A DNA stretch of 64,000 nucleotides, taken from the NCBI RefSeq assembly GCF_006345805.1, contig NC_042998.1, positions 185,504,001 through 185,568,000 on the forward strand, read 5' to 3'. Each line of letters starts with the position of its first letter. The stretch's first letter is position 1. Of this stretch, positions 23,941-36,356 are shown piece after piece. A program made the translations under genes and the position numbers. The DNA is from Octopus sinensis (lineage: Eukaryota). The notes under the pieces are model-generated. The model ran no database searches, was not told the origin of the DNA, and saw nothing but the letters and a program-made list of their open reading frames with translations.

Positions 23941-25656
23941 ATGAAAAAACAAGTAAAAAATAGAAAATGCTAAAATAATTTTATAGTGAACATTTCTGTA
24001 CCGGTTTCGGTCATTTTGAGACCTTTTCAACTGTAACGATTAAATAATTAAATTTAGAAAAATTAGAAGAAAAGTTTTCTTAAAAGAATATTTCTATAGT
24101 AGTGTTCAGATTTAAGTGGCATTCTGCCTTTCTCTGACTCCCTTGTTTGCACTTGTGTGTTGGAGGTAGTTGTGAGTTCTTGGTAGGGTAGTAGAGGGAA
24201 GGCTGGTGAGGAAAGGGGGGTGGGAGAATCTGGGAGTGCCCTGATGGTCGTATTTTGAATGGTCAGTGGCGGCTGGCAGTCTCAGTTCAATTCAGGGGAA
24301 TATTTATATTGACAGGCTTGTTTATAGAATTAGCGTAGGTGTTATACTAAAAAACATTAGTGACAAACTTAAGGGGTAGGGGGTGGAGAAGAGAAGAAGA
24401 AGAAGAAGAAGAAGAAGAAGAGAAGAAGAAGAAGAAGAAGGAGAAGATGATGGTGATGGTGGTGATGATTATGACGACGATGATGATGATAACGATGATG
24501 ATGAAGAAGAAGAAGGAGGAGAAGGAGAAGATGGTGGTGATGATGGTGGCGATGATGATGACGCCGATGATGATGATAACGATGATGATGAAGAAGAAGA
24601 AGAAAAAAACAGAGAAGGGAGAATATGAATGGGTGTAAATATAGCTATGAAGGGGCTGATTAGTAATGGATTCTATGGAGTGTAGTATTTGTGTGTGTAT
24701 ATATATTTTTTTCTTTTATTCTAAAGTTGAGGTATATTAATTGTTTGTCGTAGACCCGTTAAGAAGTGGCTTGTATTTTGTAATAAAGAGATTTTCTTTA
24801 CTTATTCTTTGTCTCGAGGTTGTATCGTCCCTAAATTGGTAGAGGGGGAAAATCTGAAGTTTGGTGTTTTTTGTTGGCGCAAGTATCTATGTGTTGGCTA
24901 AAAGCTATTTTTCTGTTTTGGGGAATTTTTATCTGGGATCTGTGCAGGGCCATTCGTTTACGCAAACCATTTTTGTTTGGCCTATGTACTGCTCTTGACA
25001 CCCGGAGCAGGTTAGTGAGTATATTAGGTCTCTGAAGCACATGTGAAGTTGCTTTTCACTGTAAACCGTTGTCCCTGTTTGAAGGAGAACTCAGAACCCT
25101 CGATTAGATAGTCGCATATCCCGCAATTGGGTCTTCCACATTTTTTTACTGTCGGCTTCTGTGTTGAAGAGTGAATTCGGGCTTGTGTAAGGAGACTTTT
25201 CATGGATCTAGGCTGTCTTTTGCTTTTTATGATCGTGTGTGTTTGGAGGATTGTGTTCATTCTGTGGTCTTTTTTTAGGAGGGGTATGTTGTGGAGGATG
25301 GTGTCGAAGGCTTCGTTATTGAGAGGGTTGTGTGTGGAGATGTATGGTAAGGCTTTTGGTTGTAAGTTTTTCTTTGATTGGGATGTCTCAGTTCCTTGAT
25401 GTAAGTTGAAGGCACGTTGAATGCACTTGTCAATAAGTGAAGGTGGATAGTTCCTGGTGATTAGGGTATCTTTTAGTTCTTGTAGTCGTGTGTCTCTGGT
25501 GTTTGCGTTAGAGACTATAGTGCATATCCTTTTTGCTAGATTGAAGGGGATATTCATCCTGGTGTGTCTGGGGTGGCATGAATTGAATGGAAGATATTGC
25601 TTAGAGTCTGTAGGCTTATAGTATATGTCTGTTTCTATTATATTATTAGCTTTCTT
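23941..25656 (-). mobile_element. Penelope-like element, 5'-truncated inverted copy
   Basis: Reverse complement of 25657-27361 plus 21 nt of extra coding sequence (KKANNII); several 1-nt indels. Confidence 0.95.
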
Positions 25657-27361
25657 GAAACAGACATATACTATAAGCCTACAGACTCTAAGCAATATCT
25701 TCCATTCAATTCATGCCACCCCAGACACACCAGGATGAATATCCCCTTCAATCTAGCAAAAAGGATATGCACTATAGTCTCTAACGCAAACACCAGAGAC
25801 ACACGACTACAAGAACTAAAAGATACCCTAATCACCAGGAACTATCCACCTTCACTTATTGACAAGTGCATTCAACGTGCCCTTCAACTTAACATCAAGG
25901 AACTGAGACATCCCAAATCAAAGAAAAACTTACAACCAAAAGCCTTACCATACATCTCCACACACAACCCTCTCAATAACGAAGCCTTCGACACCATCCT
26001 CCACAACATACCCCTCCTAAAAAAAGACCACAGAATGAACACAATCCTCCAAACACACACGATCATAAAAAGCAAAAGACAGCCTAGATCCATGAAAAGT
26101 CTCCTTACACAAGCCCGAATTCACTCTTCAACACAGAAGCCGACAGTAAAAAAATGTGGAAGACCCAATTGCGGGATATGCGACTATCTAATCGAGGGTT
26201 CTGAGTTCTCCTTCAAACAGGGACAACGGTTTACAGTGAAAAGCAACTTCACATGTGCTTCAGAGAACCTAATATACTCACTAACCTGCTCCGGGTGTCA
26301 AGAGCAGTACATAGGCCAAACAAAAAATGGTTTGCGTAAACGAATGGCCCTGCACAGATCCCAGATAAAAATTCCCCAAAACAGAAAAATAGCTTTTAGC
26401 CAACACATAGATACTTGCGCCAACAAAAAAAACACCAAACTTCAGAATTTTCCCCCTCTACCAATTTAGGGACGATACAACCTCGAGACAAAGAATAAGT
26501 AAGGAAAATCTCTTTATTACAAAATACAAGCCACTTCTTAACGGGTCTACGACAAACAATTAATATACCTCAACTTTAGAATAAAAGAAAAAATATATAC
26601 ACACACAAATACTACACTCCATAGAATCCATTACTAATCAGCCCCTTCATAGCTATATTTACACCCATTCATATTCTCCCTTCTCTGTTTTTTTCTTCTT
26701 CTTCTTCTTCATCATCATCGTTATCATCATCATCGGCGTCATCATCATCGCCACCATCATCACCACCATCTTCTCCTTCTCCTCCTTCTTCTTCTTCATC
26801 ATCATCGTTATCATCATCATCGTCGTCATAATCATCACCACCATCACCATCATCTTCTCCTTCTTCTTCTTCTTCTTCTTCTTCTTCTTCTTCTTCTTCT
26901 TCTTCTTCTTCTTCTCCACCCCCTACCCCTTAAGTTTGTCACTAATGTTTTTTAGTATAACACCTACGCTAATTCTATAAACAAGCCTGTCAATATAAAT
27001 ATTCCCCTGAATTGAACTGAGACTGCCAGCCGCCACTGACCATTCAAAATGCGACCATCAGGGCACTCCCAGATTCTCCCACCCCCCTTTCCTCACCAGC
27101 CTTCCCTCTACTACCCTACCAAGAACTCACAACTACCTCCAACACACAAGTGCAAACAAGGGAGTCAGAGAAAGGCAGAATGCCACTTAAATCTGAACAC
27201 TACTATAGAAATATTCTTTTAAGAAAACTTTTCTTCTAATTTTTCTAAATTTAATTATTTAATCGTTACAGTTGAAAAGGTCTCAAAATGACCGAAACCG
27301 GTACTGAAATGTTCACTATAAAATTATTTTAGCATTTTCTATTTTTTACTTGTTTTTTCAT
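25657..27361 (+). mobile_element. Penelope-like element, 5'-truncated: RT thumb, GIY-YIG endonuclease, 3' pseudo-LTR
   Basis: ETDIYYKPTDSKQYL..SCHP; CGRPNCGIC; LIYSLTCSGCQEQYIGQT (GIY-YIG); after a homopolymer frameshift it continues to KENLFITKYKPLLN; low-complexity 3' UTR. Confidence 0.95.
27266..27309 (+). ncRNA. Type I hammerhead in the Penelope pseudo-LTR (U3-A8 variant)
   Basis: CAG-UUGAAAA-GGUC(ucaaaau)GACC-GAAA-CCGG-UA-CUG; palindromic stem III ACCGGU; mirror copy at 23995-24038. Confidence 0.75.
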
Positions 27362-27397
27362 ATATATATATATATATATAATTATTATTATTTGTGG

Positions 27398-27457
<60 letters not shown>

Positions 27458-28110
27458 GACATGACAGAGTTGGCCAATATCTACACTGGCTAATAAGTCG
27501 GCATTACAATATCAAAACTGCCGACAAGTGGTATAATCACCACCCTGAAGCTGTAACTGAAGGAGAAAATGTAACAATTCTGTGGGACTTTCCAGTACAT
27601 ACAGATCGAACCATCAAAGCCAATAAACCAGATATTGTTGTGAAAGATCAAAACAATAAAGTTTGCTTATTGATCGACATTAGCATCCCCTGTGATCATA
27701 ATATCTCGGCGAAAGAGTTTGACAAGCTCAGAAAGTATAAAGACCTGCTCATTGAAATTGAGAAAATGTGGCATCTCAAGGCGGTTACAATACCAGTGAT
27801 CGTAGGAGCACTAGGAATGATCAAGAAGGGAACCGAAAATTATATGAGAATGATCCCTGGCTTACCATCCCTGCAAGAAGTGCAAAAGATTGTCTTAACT
27901 GGTACATCACACATATTGAGAAGAGCATTGTCGATGTGAGAACTATTACTACCCATGTATTTTAATTTAACTTTAAAAAAAAAAATTAACGAACTAGTGA
28001 GTTTAGTTTAATGGCCTACCAATGTATACTATGAGTTTCTTTGCCCTAGGAGTTGGGAAGACACTCGGCAAGAAATGGAAGCAAATTTGAAAGAAGAAGA
28101 AAAAAAAAGA
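27458..28110 (+). mobile_element. Dong/R4-clade retrotransposon, 5'-truncated, restriction-like endonuclease domain
   Basis: RHDRVGQYLHW..ILWDF..NKPDIVV..LIDISIP..KYKDL..PVIVGALG, open to the stop at 27939; flanked by (TAA)n on both sides. Confidence 0.92.
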
Positions 28111-28419
28111 TAATAATAATAATAATAATAATTTGTTATTCTACAAATTATATACTGTTGTTAGTTTACAAATTTATATATATATATATATATATATGAC
28201 AGGCTTCTTTCAGTTTCCATCTACCAAATTCACTTACAAGGCTTTGGTTGGCCCAAGGCTATAGTAGAAGACACTTGTCCAAAGTGTCACACAGTGGAAC
28301 TGAACCCAGAACCATGTTGTTGGGAAGCAAACTTCTTACCATACAGCCATGCCGTAGTTCAAATTTACAGAAAACAAGACAAAAGCAGGTGAAGAACGAA
28401 AAGCAGGTGAAGAACGACA

Positions 28420-28760
28420 AGCAGGTGTGTTAGTTTAATGCTGAGGAAGAATGGAAAAGTTTTTGACGTTTCAAGCCCATGCTCTTCAAGAGAGAGAACC
28501 GGGAGCGGGGAAATGGAGAGAGAAAAAATGTGTAGGGATTAACAATATATATGTATATATAACAAGAAGCTTTACGAAAATTAACAAAAGACGAAGGCAG
28601 GTGGAGTACAAACAAACAATTGTATTAGTATGGCGCTCAGGAATAGAAATAAAACAAGTCTTTTACGTTTCGAGCCTACGCTCTTCAACAGAAAGATATA
28701 CACAAAAGAAACACGGAGAGAAACAAGGAGAGAAAAAATGCATGCAGGAGCTAACGATTC
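28420..28760 (-). mobile_element. Non-autonomous PLE-derived repeat with two HHR-like motifs
   Basis: 28659-28696: UCUUU-CUGUUGA-A-GAGC(guag)GCUC-GAAAC-GUA-AAAGA; a second degenerate motif near 28460-28490. Confidence 0.55.
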
Positions 28761-29066
28761 AACATGTATATATATATGTGTGTGTGTGTGTGTGCATGTA
28801 TAACAATAGACAGGTGATAAGCATGTAGACAGAGATAAAGAAAGAAGTTTTGTTTTTTAATTATTTTCCTTTTTTTTGCTTTTTTTTTAAACTTTACTAC
28901 GTTTATTGTGACTCCCCCCCCCCCGGTGATAACACTTGATGATGCTTTTAATCTAACAAATAATACTTGTTATGTACAACAGATGATATGAAAATAATAG
29001 TGACAACAGCAATATTAATACCAAAAAAGTAACCTTGATCTCCAACTTAACTACCGTGTTATTTAC

Positions 29067-29169
29067 CTGGAAAATATCTCTCGTGAACTGACTCAATGAC
29101 TTCAGATAAAGGTAACAGCTTGCAGCTGCAGTATTTCATTTCCATTGTCACCGGTTGAAAGTAATAACT
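29067..29169 (-). CDS. Candidate 103-nt exon of unknown product
   Basis: Acceptor attgtttgtatctacag and donor ccag|gtaaat; only one frame is open (SYYFQPVTMEMKYCSCKLLPLSEVIESVHERYFP); I recognise no homology. Confidence 0.3.
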
Positions 29170-29468
29170 CTGTAGATACAAACAATTAATCATGACAACC
29201 ATTGACCGTAATAATAAACAATAAACACGTCACAATGAGAAAAAACAATTGATAAGAATTGTGTAAATTACAGGTGCTAAAGAAACATATGAAGAGAACA
29301 ATAAAAAATGGAAAATGGACATTGACACATGCACGCACACATTCATGCATGCACACACACACACACACACACACACTACACACCAACATTTACTCATTGC
29401 AAGAAAATAAAAGTCCATGTAGTATTTAGATTCAACATGGATGATACCAGTGTTGCAAAGATCTGAAG

Positions 29469-29654
29469 CAGGAGTCCCAAAACCTTTCAGACCATTGACC
29501 CCTTCATGGAATCCTTGACCCCTCATCGACCCCACAGGCATGTACAAGAAAATAAATAAATAATAATAATAATTAATTAGATGTACATTTATAGACCCCT
29601 TGAATAGTCCCATCAACCCTCAGGGGTTGATATCAACCACTTTGGAGACCCCTG
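29469..29654. mobile_element. hAT-type MITE
   Basis: Termini caggagtcccaaa / tttggagacccctg; 8-bp flanks atctgaag / atttaaag (6 of 8 match). Confidence 0.7.
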
Positions 29655-31778
29655 ATTTAAAGGATGGTGGGGGCTTTATATGATTGTTAGCCCAGTTAGA
29701 AACAACAGTCAAATACCCTTCAAATTACATCCTTCAAAAAGGAAGGACATACTGGAAGTAGCAGCAAATAGGTTGTTAATGTACAGAAGGAAGAGTCTGA
29801 GAGACATTACAAAACCTTCATGTACACCCAAATTGCAAGAGGGTCTGATTATCACAGAAAACTTCCAGTTCAAGAGATGAGAGAGTGATTAAGAACATAG
29901 GTGAACAATTTAGGCAGGAGGTCTCTTGCTAAATAAGGCCAAAGGCATTTCTGATAGCAAGTGCTGTGATATTGCTTCCACTGAGTCCTTAAACCTGAGT
30001 AACAATTGGTAAGTAACATAAGAGAGCAAGTCTCTTGTAGATTTTGATCTACGGAAGCCAACCCTGAGAAAGGCTATAAATATTTCTCGCCCTTACCTTT
30101 TAACCCTTTTGTTATCATATTTCAGTTGAAATTAGCTTCAAAAATAATGAAGAATTTAGTAAAATAATTCTGTTGTTATTAATCTGGTGTTTGGAACATA
30201 AACTAGCAAGAAATTTTGATAGATGATTTTATTTTTGATCACTTTTAAAGGAAGTATATATCGTAGAACCAGAGACAGTCTCAGGCAGATTGGTATCAAA
30301 AGGGTTAGAAGATAACATTGTAATTAAGTTAATTAGAAAGAAGAAGAAAAAAAAAAGGAAAGAAATTAGTAAAAATTCAAAGTAAGCATAAAAATTGATT
30401 TGTAGTTGTGTAGTGGGTTTTGAAACCAGGTATAATCAAATGTTTGTCATGAGAAAAACCAAAATTGAAAGAGAAGAATTTTTGAAATTGTAAAGCCAGA
30501 GTAAATTTCTGCTAATCTGAGTTATTTGAAATAATTTTGGTAAAGGAATGCATGGAATCAAATGATTCTACTTCGTTATGGTTGGGAGAGCTCATTACTA
30601 TATCTATTGTGGAATATTACTCTAACATTGCAGAAATAAAATTTTCCTTTCAACCAAGATTAGAATACACAGAAAAGAAAAGGGAAAAATTGGTAGGAAT
30701 ATTCCTGTCTTACCCTAAAACAACGTATCATAAAACAGGAAACATTAACATCTCGACATTCCATTTCCATAAAGACTCAATGAAATTTTATGAAAGAAAA
30801 TAAAAGAAATTATAAAAATATTTCATGGGAACATCTTAGAGTAGAAATTGTGCTGGTGAGAACTTATTGACAGTTTCAATTTTCTTGTGGAGCCCTTTAC
30901 ACCTTTGTTGTTTTCACCATTGTCTTGAGAGGAGCAAAAACATCACAGCTTGCACATTCTGTTACATGAAAGCCTTAGCCTTTCAGACTATATATGAAGG
31001 TATGATGGGCACTCAAGGTTTTCCTGGTGTTTGCTGTTGCTTTTGATGCATAGTACTAGACAGTCCCGAGGAATGTGAACAGTCAGTCAAATAGCTTGGT
31101 TTGATTTTTAGATCCAGTGCACCATATATACCATGCCTTTACTTTGTTTAGAGGTACACTGTACAAATAGAGTACAATTGACAGTCTAAGACATGTTGCA
31201 TTTGAATAAGGCCTCAATATGCAAAGAATCTCTTACTACTTATATCTTTACTTGGATAAACTCTTTACTGTGGGACAACATTATTGAACTTAAAACAAGC
31301 ACCTTAATGGATTATTATAGTCAGGATTAGAATGTCTTTGATCATAAGTCTGCTTCGTCATGGCTAAATAACAATAACAACAACTGTATTGCATTACATC
31401 CACCCTGGTATAAGCAACATCTGCTAAAACTCTCTAAATCATTACAAGTTCTTGCATTCACAAACTCTGACTAACTCTGAGGTCAGCTTCACACGCATAT
31501 CACTACCCAAACTGAATTCCAAACTGCAGTTTTCCTATCTAGCAAAAGAAAATACTTCAGTCTAATCCATAATTAATGCTTAAGTAAGCTGAGGTGTGAC
31601 TGATATTGGAGTATTTCCCATGTAACTGCATCAGAGTTGTTATTTGACAAAAACACCTGACACAGCAAATAAAAAGGGTAAGATTTTCTCACCAACAGCT
31701 TAGACTTAAACTTGATTACTTGAAGTAGATCCTTTAAAATTTATCTGAATTACAAGCAAAATGGACTAGGAAAATAGT

Positions 31779-31986
31779 TATCTCCTCAACAGCTTATGAT
31801 ATCTCCTCAACAGCTTATGATATCTCCTCAACAGCTTATGATATCTCCTCAACAGCTTATGATATCTCCTCAACAGCTTATGATATCTCCTCAACAGCTT
31901 ATGATATCTCCTCAACAGCTTATGATATCTCCTCAACAGCTTATGATATCTCCTCAACAGCTTATGATATCTCCTCAGCAGCTTAT
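31779..31986. repeat. 21-bp minisatellite, about 10 copies
   Basis: Unit atatctcctcaacagcttatg, perfect except one substitution in the last unit. Confidence 0.97.
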
Positions 31987-32199
31987 CATGCTGAAGTTAC
32001 ATAATAATAACATAATGGATGCAGTTATTAGTCTGTACTGAGTTTATCCAAGTAAAGTTGTAAATAATAAGAAATTGTTTGTATATTGAAGCCATAGTCA
32101 AATCTGTATTGAATAAGTTTAACCTATGATGTATGAGTGTGTGTGTCCCCAAAACCATAAAAGAGGATTTTAAGATTAACAGTCAGAACTCCTGCAAGA

Positions 32200-32960
32200 T
32201 GATAACCGAGATTTAAAAGTTGAATCTGCTGAAAATTTAGAGAAGTTCTGGAAGTGGAGACAGCCAATTATTGAGACTTCTCAAAGTAAATCAAACAGAA
32301 AAAGGTTTTAGCAAGCATGAAGATCAAAGTTTATTGCCATCTGGAATGCAACCATGAGCAATATGTGGAAAAGGAGTTGGTAGAAATTCAATGTAGACTA
32401 TGAGCACATAAAAGGTGTAATAAAATTACCAGTTGGTCAGATTGACAATGAAGTAATACTTTGTTTGTGGCAGAAGTAGTAAACAATAAGAGCATTAAGA
32501 TATTTCAAATGATTGGAAGGTTCTACAAAGGTAGTAAGTTCTCTTATTTGGACAACTGAATTAGCATTGGAAGTGGATGTTCCAAATGCGTATGTTATCA
32601 GAGTAAGAATGCAATTGAAAAAAGTGTTTATGGGATTATGATTTTTGCTGGAGACAAAGAAATTTTCTCTTTCAGTGAAGAGTAGCCTCTTGACATTTTG
32701 CATACTTGTGTATGAGATCTTATGTTGAACAGTAGTGAAACATGCATTATATGTTCAAGAAATGAGGCAAGCATGCTCAGTTGATTATGTTTATGTGAGT
32801 GCACATAAGCAACAGAACTCAACTGAGCTGAAACAAAACTGAGTATAAGACAAGTCAGATGATATATTAAGAAAGGAAAGTGTGTTGGAACAAACATGTA
32901 AATTCTATAGAAGATGATACTTGGGTAAAGAGATGGAGGGATGGGCACATACTATCAATT
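32200..32960 (+). mobile_element. Highly decayed RTE LINE, C-terminal half
   Basis: CGKGVGRNS, KFSYLD and MLNSSETC appear in the same order as in the 13220-16490 element. Confidence 0.6.
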
Positions 32961-33417
32961 CCAAGTAGATGTGTGCATCTTACCTATTGTACCTTGTTCA
33001 ATTTTTTAGTGCCTACTTTAATGGCCAGTTTCAGTTTTTCTGAAAATTTAAATTTATTTATTCAGCTTCCTTGGGCTTCCTGCCAAAGAGGAAGATCAAG
33101 TCGCCAAAAGGGTATGCTCCTACTTTCAGTGTTTACAAATTCGAATTAAGGAATTTTGGGCTGACGAAAGAAATGTCGAATTGTATTTGGCTGATCTAGA
33201 AACGTACGTTCTCAAATAACCTTTGCACTTGTGATTTTTTTAATGTTTTTACCCCCATACCTTCGTGGGCTATTTTGAGTAAGCACTATCTGAGACAAAT
33301 TTTCTTTAAGTATTAGAATTTGGCTAAAAAAATTTTTTTTGGCTGCTATTTCTAATGAGTTCAGTATGTGGCAAAGTAATTTATTTTACTAAGCCCTTTA
33401 TAAAATGTAATATTTTG

Positions 33418-33452
<35 letters not shown>

Positions 33453-33569
33453 AAAGTAAAAAAATATACAAACTGGGACAAGAACGTGAAACATTTAGAA
33501 GACGACACAAAAAACAAGGACGGGACATTCAAAGCCCTCACATATATATATATATATATATATATAAAT

Positions 33570-33780
33570 GTGACCGCGTGTGTACCGTTGGCGATTTTTT
33601 TTCCTCTGTCTTCCCTTCTCTGGATCTTTCCTTCTCCTATGTTTCCGACGAAGAGCTCCGCTCGAAATGTTAAACCCTCCTTCTTTCCTTCTTTCCTGAG
33701 CATCCAATAATACTATATTTGTTCCACGTCCTCGCGTTGTTGTGTTTTTTTGTGCTTTTTGTGCTTTTTAAATGTTTGCT
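33570..33780 (+). mobile_element. Non-autonomous PLE-derived repeat with HHR motif (33641-33675)
   Basis: GUUU-CCGACGA-A-GAGC(ucc)GCUC-GAAAU-GUU-AAAC; same family as 42150-42340. Confidence 0.65.
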
Positions 33781-34059
33781 GATTATAACAATCAACAAAA
33801 CGTCTTTAAAATCTTTAAGCAAATAACTTTCTTAATTATCGCAAATATTTACTTTGCTTTATTTTATATATATCTACCAGGGTAAGTACATAAATTCAAA
33901 AAATAGTACTCGAATACCAGAGATAGGGTAATATGCTTTATTAAAAAGCAGCAAAAATATCACAAAAACTGTTGCTCAGAGTTTCATGTTCCCATTTGGA
34001 CAGTTTTGTTAAGGATGGAGCAAGATAAAGTTATGTACAGAAATACAATTACTTTGAAA

Positions 34060-35078
34060 GATATACACTTGAAAATGGTTTTGTTTCATTGGTCCTTTCA
34101 ACTAACAGTCTTTTCAATAACTGGTTGCATAAAATAACAAATAGCTGTTTAAAAAACATTTCTGACAAAGGTCTTACTAAGTAATGCTGAGATGTCTTCA
34201 GCCTCCTTGATAATCTTAGAGATGTGGTTTGTCCAATGCAGATTGTTGTTGACAATAATACCCAAGTCACATTTACTAACAGACTTCTCAAGATTGATGT
34301 TGTAGATGATGATGATGATACACACACACACACACACACATTGGGCACAAGCACATTAAAGCACTAACATTTGGCAACTGATTTGGTAGTCACTCACAAG
34401 ATTACCCACCATCTTTCCAACAACAACCTTAAGCACCTTTTTGAATTCCATACACCTAACACTCATGAACATGCTTACAAAATTGAAAAACGACACAGCG
34501 CTCATGACCTTCGAAAAAATCTTTTCATGCTCAGAATTGCCGAAGCATGGAATAAACTGTCTGCATCAGCTGTTAGCCGTCAAAATATTTTTAGGAGTGA
34601 TCAAAAATAGTTGTTGACCTTTGTGAATCTTTTGATTTAAGGTCATTTTATTCATTTTTCACAGTTGGTATGGTGTGCCCTTATGTGACTAAATAACACG
34701 AGACACGTTCTCAATATTTTTTTTTCTCCCTCTCCACACCAAATTCCTTTTTCCTTTTTTTCAAATGTTTTTCCTTAGTAATCCGTGAAGAAAAACTAGA
34801 GAATACAAATCTTTAAGAATTTTACTTATCACTTCACCACTTTTAAAAAACTATACAGTCCCAATGTTTCACTTTTAGCTTTTTAGAAAGCAGAGTAGTT
34901 TCTTCAGAAATAATGTTGTTTACCAGTTGTTTCTAGCATGTCAGGTTTTCTGGTGGTGTTCTGGTATTAACACTCATGAACATGCTTACAAAATCGAAAA
35001 ACGACACAGCACTCATGTCCTTCGGAAAAATCTTTTCATGCTCAGAATTGCTGAAGCATGGAATAAACTGTCTACATC
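34060..35078. mobile_element. CR1-like LINE 3' fragments in both orientations
   Basis: Minus: DLGIIVNNNLHWTNHI. Plus: HAYKIEKRHS.HDLRKNLF..RIAEAWNKL, present twice (about 34460 and 34975). Confidence 0.75.
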
Positions 35079-35277
35079 AGTAGAATTCTACGCATGCATG
35101 AAACATCAGACAAAAGTGACAGATTGGGAGATTTTAGCTTTTTGAAAGCAGATAAGTGATGGGTGGGTGAAGTGGAGGAGGGGCATTGAGTGTAATCAGT
35201 GAATAGACTTCACTGAATATAGATATATACAATTACGAAGTCGAGACAAATATCACCAGCTGACCGGTGTCTGCTAC

Positions 35278-35322
35278 TCTAGGCCGATGAAGGACAACGA
35301 TCCTGAAACACGTGTCCCTAGA
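35278..35322 (+). ncRNA. Type I hammerhead motif, U4 replaced by C
   Basis: UCUAGG-CCGAUGA-AGGA(caacga)UCCU-GAAA-CACGUG-UC-CCUAGA. Confidence 0.65.
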
Positions 35323-36299
35323 TGCAGCTTCGGCAGCCGGGGGTGTTTGTCTCCCCTTCGTAAATGTATATAAGGACACAGGGAAAAATGTGTCAAAGCC
35401 ATCAGGAGGCGTTCGATGCTTCCTAGGGCTATACAGCGGTGGTGTACCCCCTACTGTCACGTTCTTGTTAGATTGACAGTATACAACCATTCTATCGCCC
35501 CACCACCGTACATGTCTCTACGAGAGATTTAGAAATTCAATATTTCTTATATAAAGAAAAAATTAAACTATAAAAAAAGTATATATATGTCCCAGATTCG
35601 TAATCTCTGTAGTTTTCTAATTGAGTAAGTACCTGATTTTCGAAGAAGAAGAATTATTGGAGTCGCTTTCTTCAATTAAACCCTCCAAGAGGGTGGCTCA
35701 GCATAGCTGGTTAAACAAGTAAAACATATATCATCATTTAATGTCCGTGGTCCATGCTGGCATGGATTGGATGGTTTGATCAGGACTGGCAAGTGGAGGA
35801 GCTACACCAGACTCCAGTCTGATTTAACTTGATTTCTATGGCTAGATGCTTTATTGTATTATATATATATATATATGTTCAGCAACATTTAGATTCAGAT
35901 GAATATGGTACTTAAGTTAAAGGCACCAGAATTTGATATGGTATTATCCATATAAATCAAATGGGGTGATTATAATCAAAATAAGCACAAGAATATCCAA
36001 GGTAGTGTAGTACAATCGTTTCAAGCTACTTCATTTTATTAAACACTGTAAGTATTACATCAGTTTTAAAATGTAGACCAATCTTCAGCCACATACAGAA
36101 TTTTTTAATTAAATAGACAATGTACATTTTTATACTTATTTCATTTGCCAACATTACAAAGAGGGTAGATATATAGACAGAGAGGTTAATTTCATCATTA
36201 AAGAACATGGTAGTAGAAGGTCCTTTTCTCCATCTGTAAAATGAAGTAGCATGAAACGATTGTACTACACTACCTTGGATATCCTTGTTGCCTATTTTG

Positions 36300-36356
<57 letters not shown>

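Noticed and set aside
24360-24638. Acidic D/E-rich and K/M-rich ORFs (mirrored at 26659-26919)
   Set aside because: These are translations of the (TTC)n/(ATC)n block in the Penelope 3' UTR; no splice or homology support.
25597-25656. N-terminus MLRVCRLIVYVCF of the 290-aa and 223-aa ORFs
   Set aside because: It comes from reading across the palindrome centre; the real homology starts at ETDIYYKP (plus) or KKANNII (minus).
31779-31986. CRISPR-like array
   Set aside because: The units are contiguous with no unique spacers, and the context is eukaryotic.
36232-36275. HHR-like gaaacgattgta in the 35980-36300 inverted repeat
   Set aside because: No CUGANGA core and no convincing stem I in either arm.
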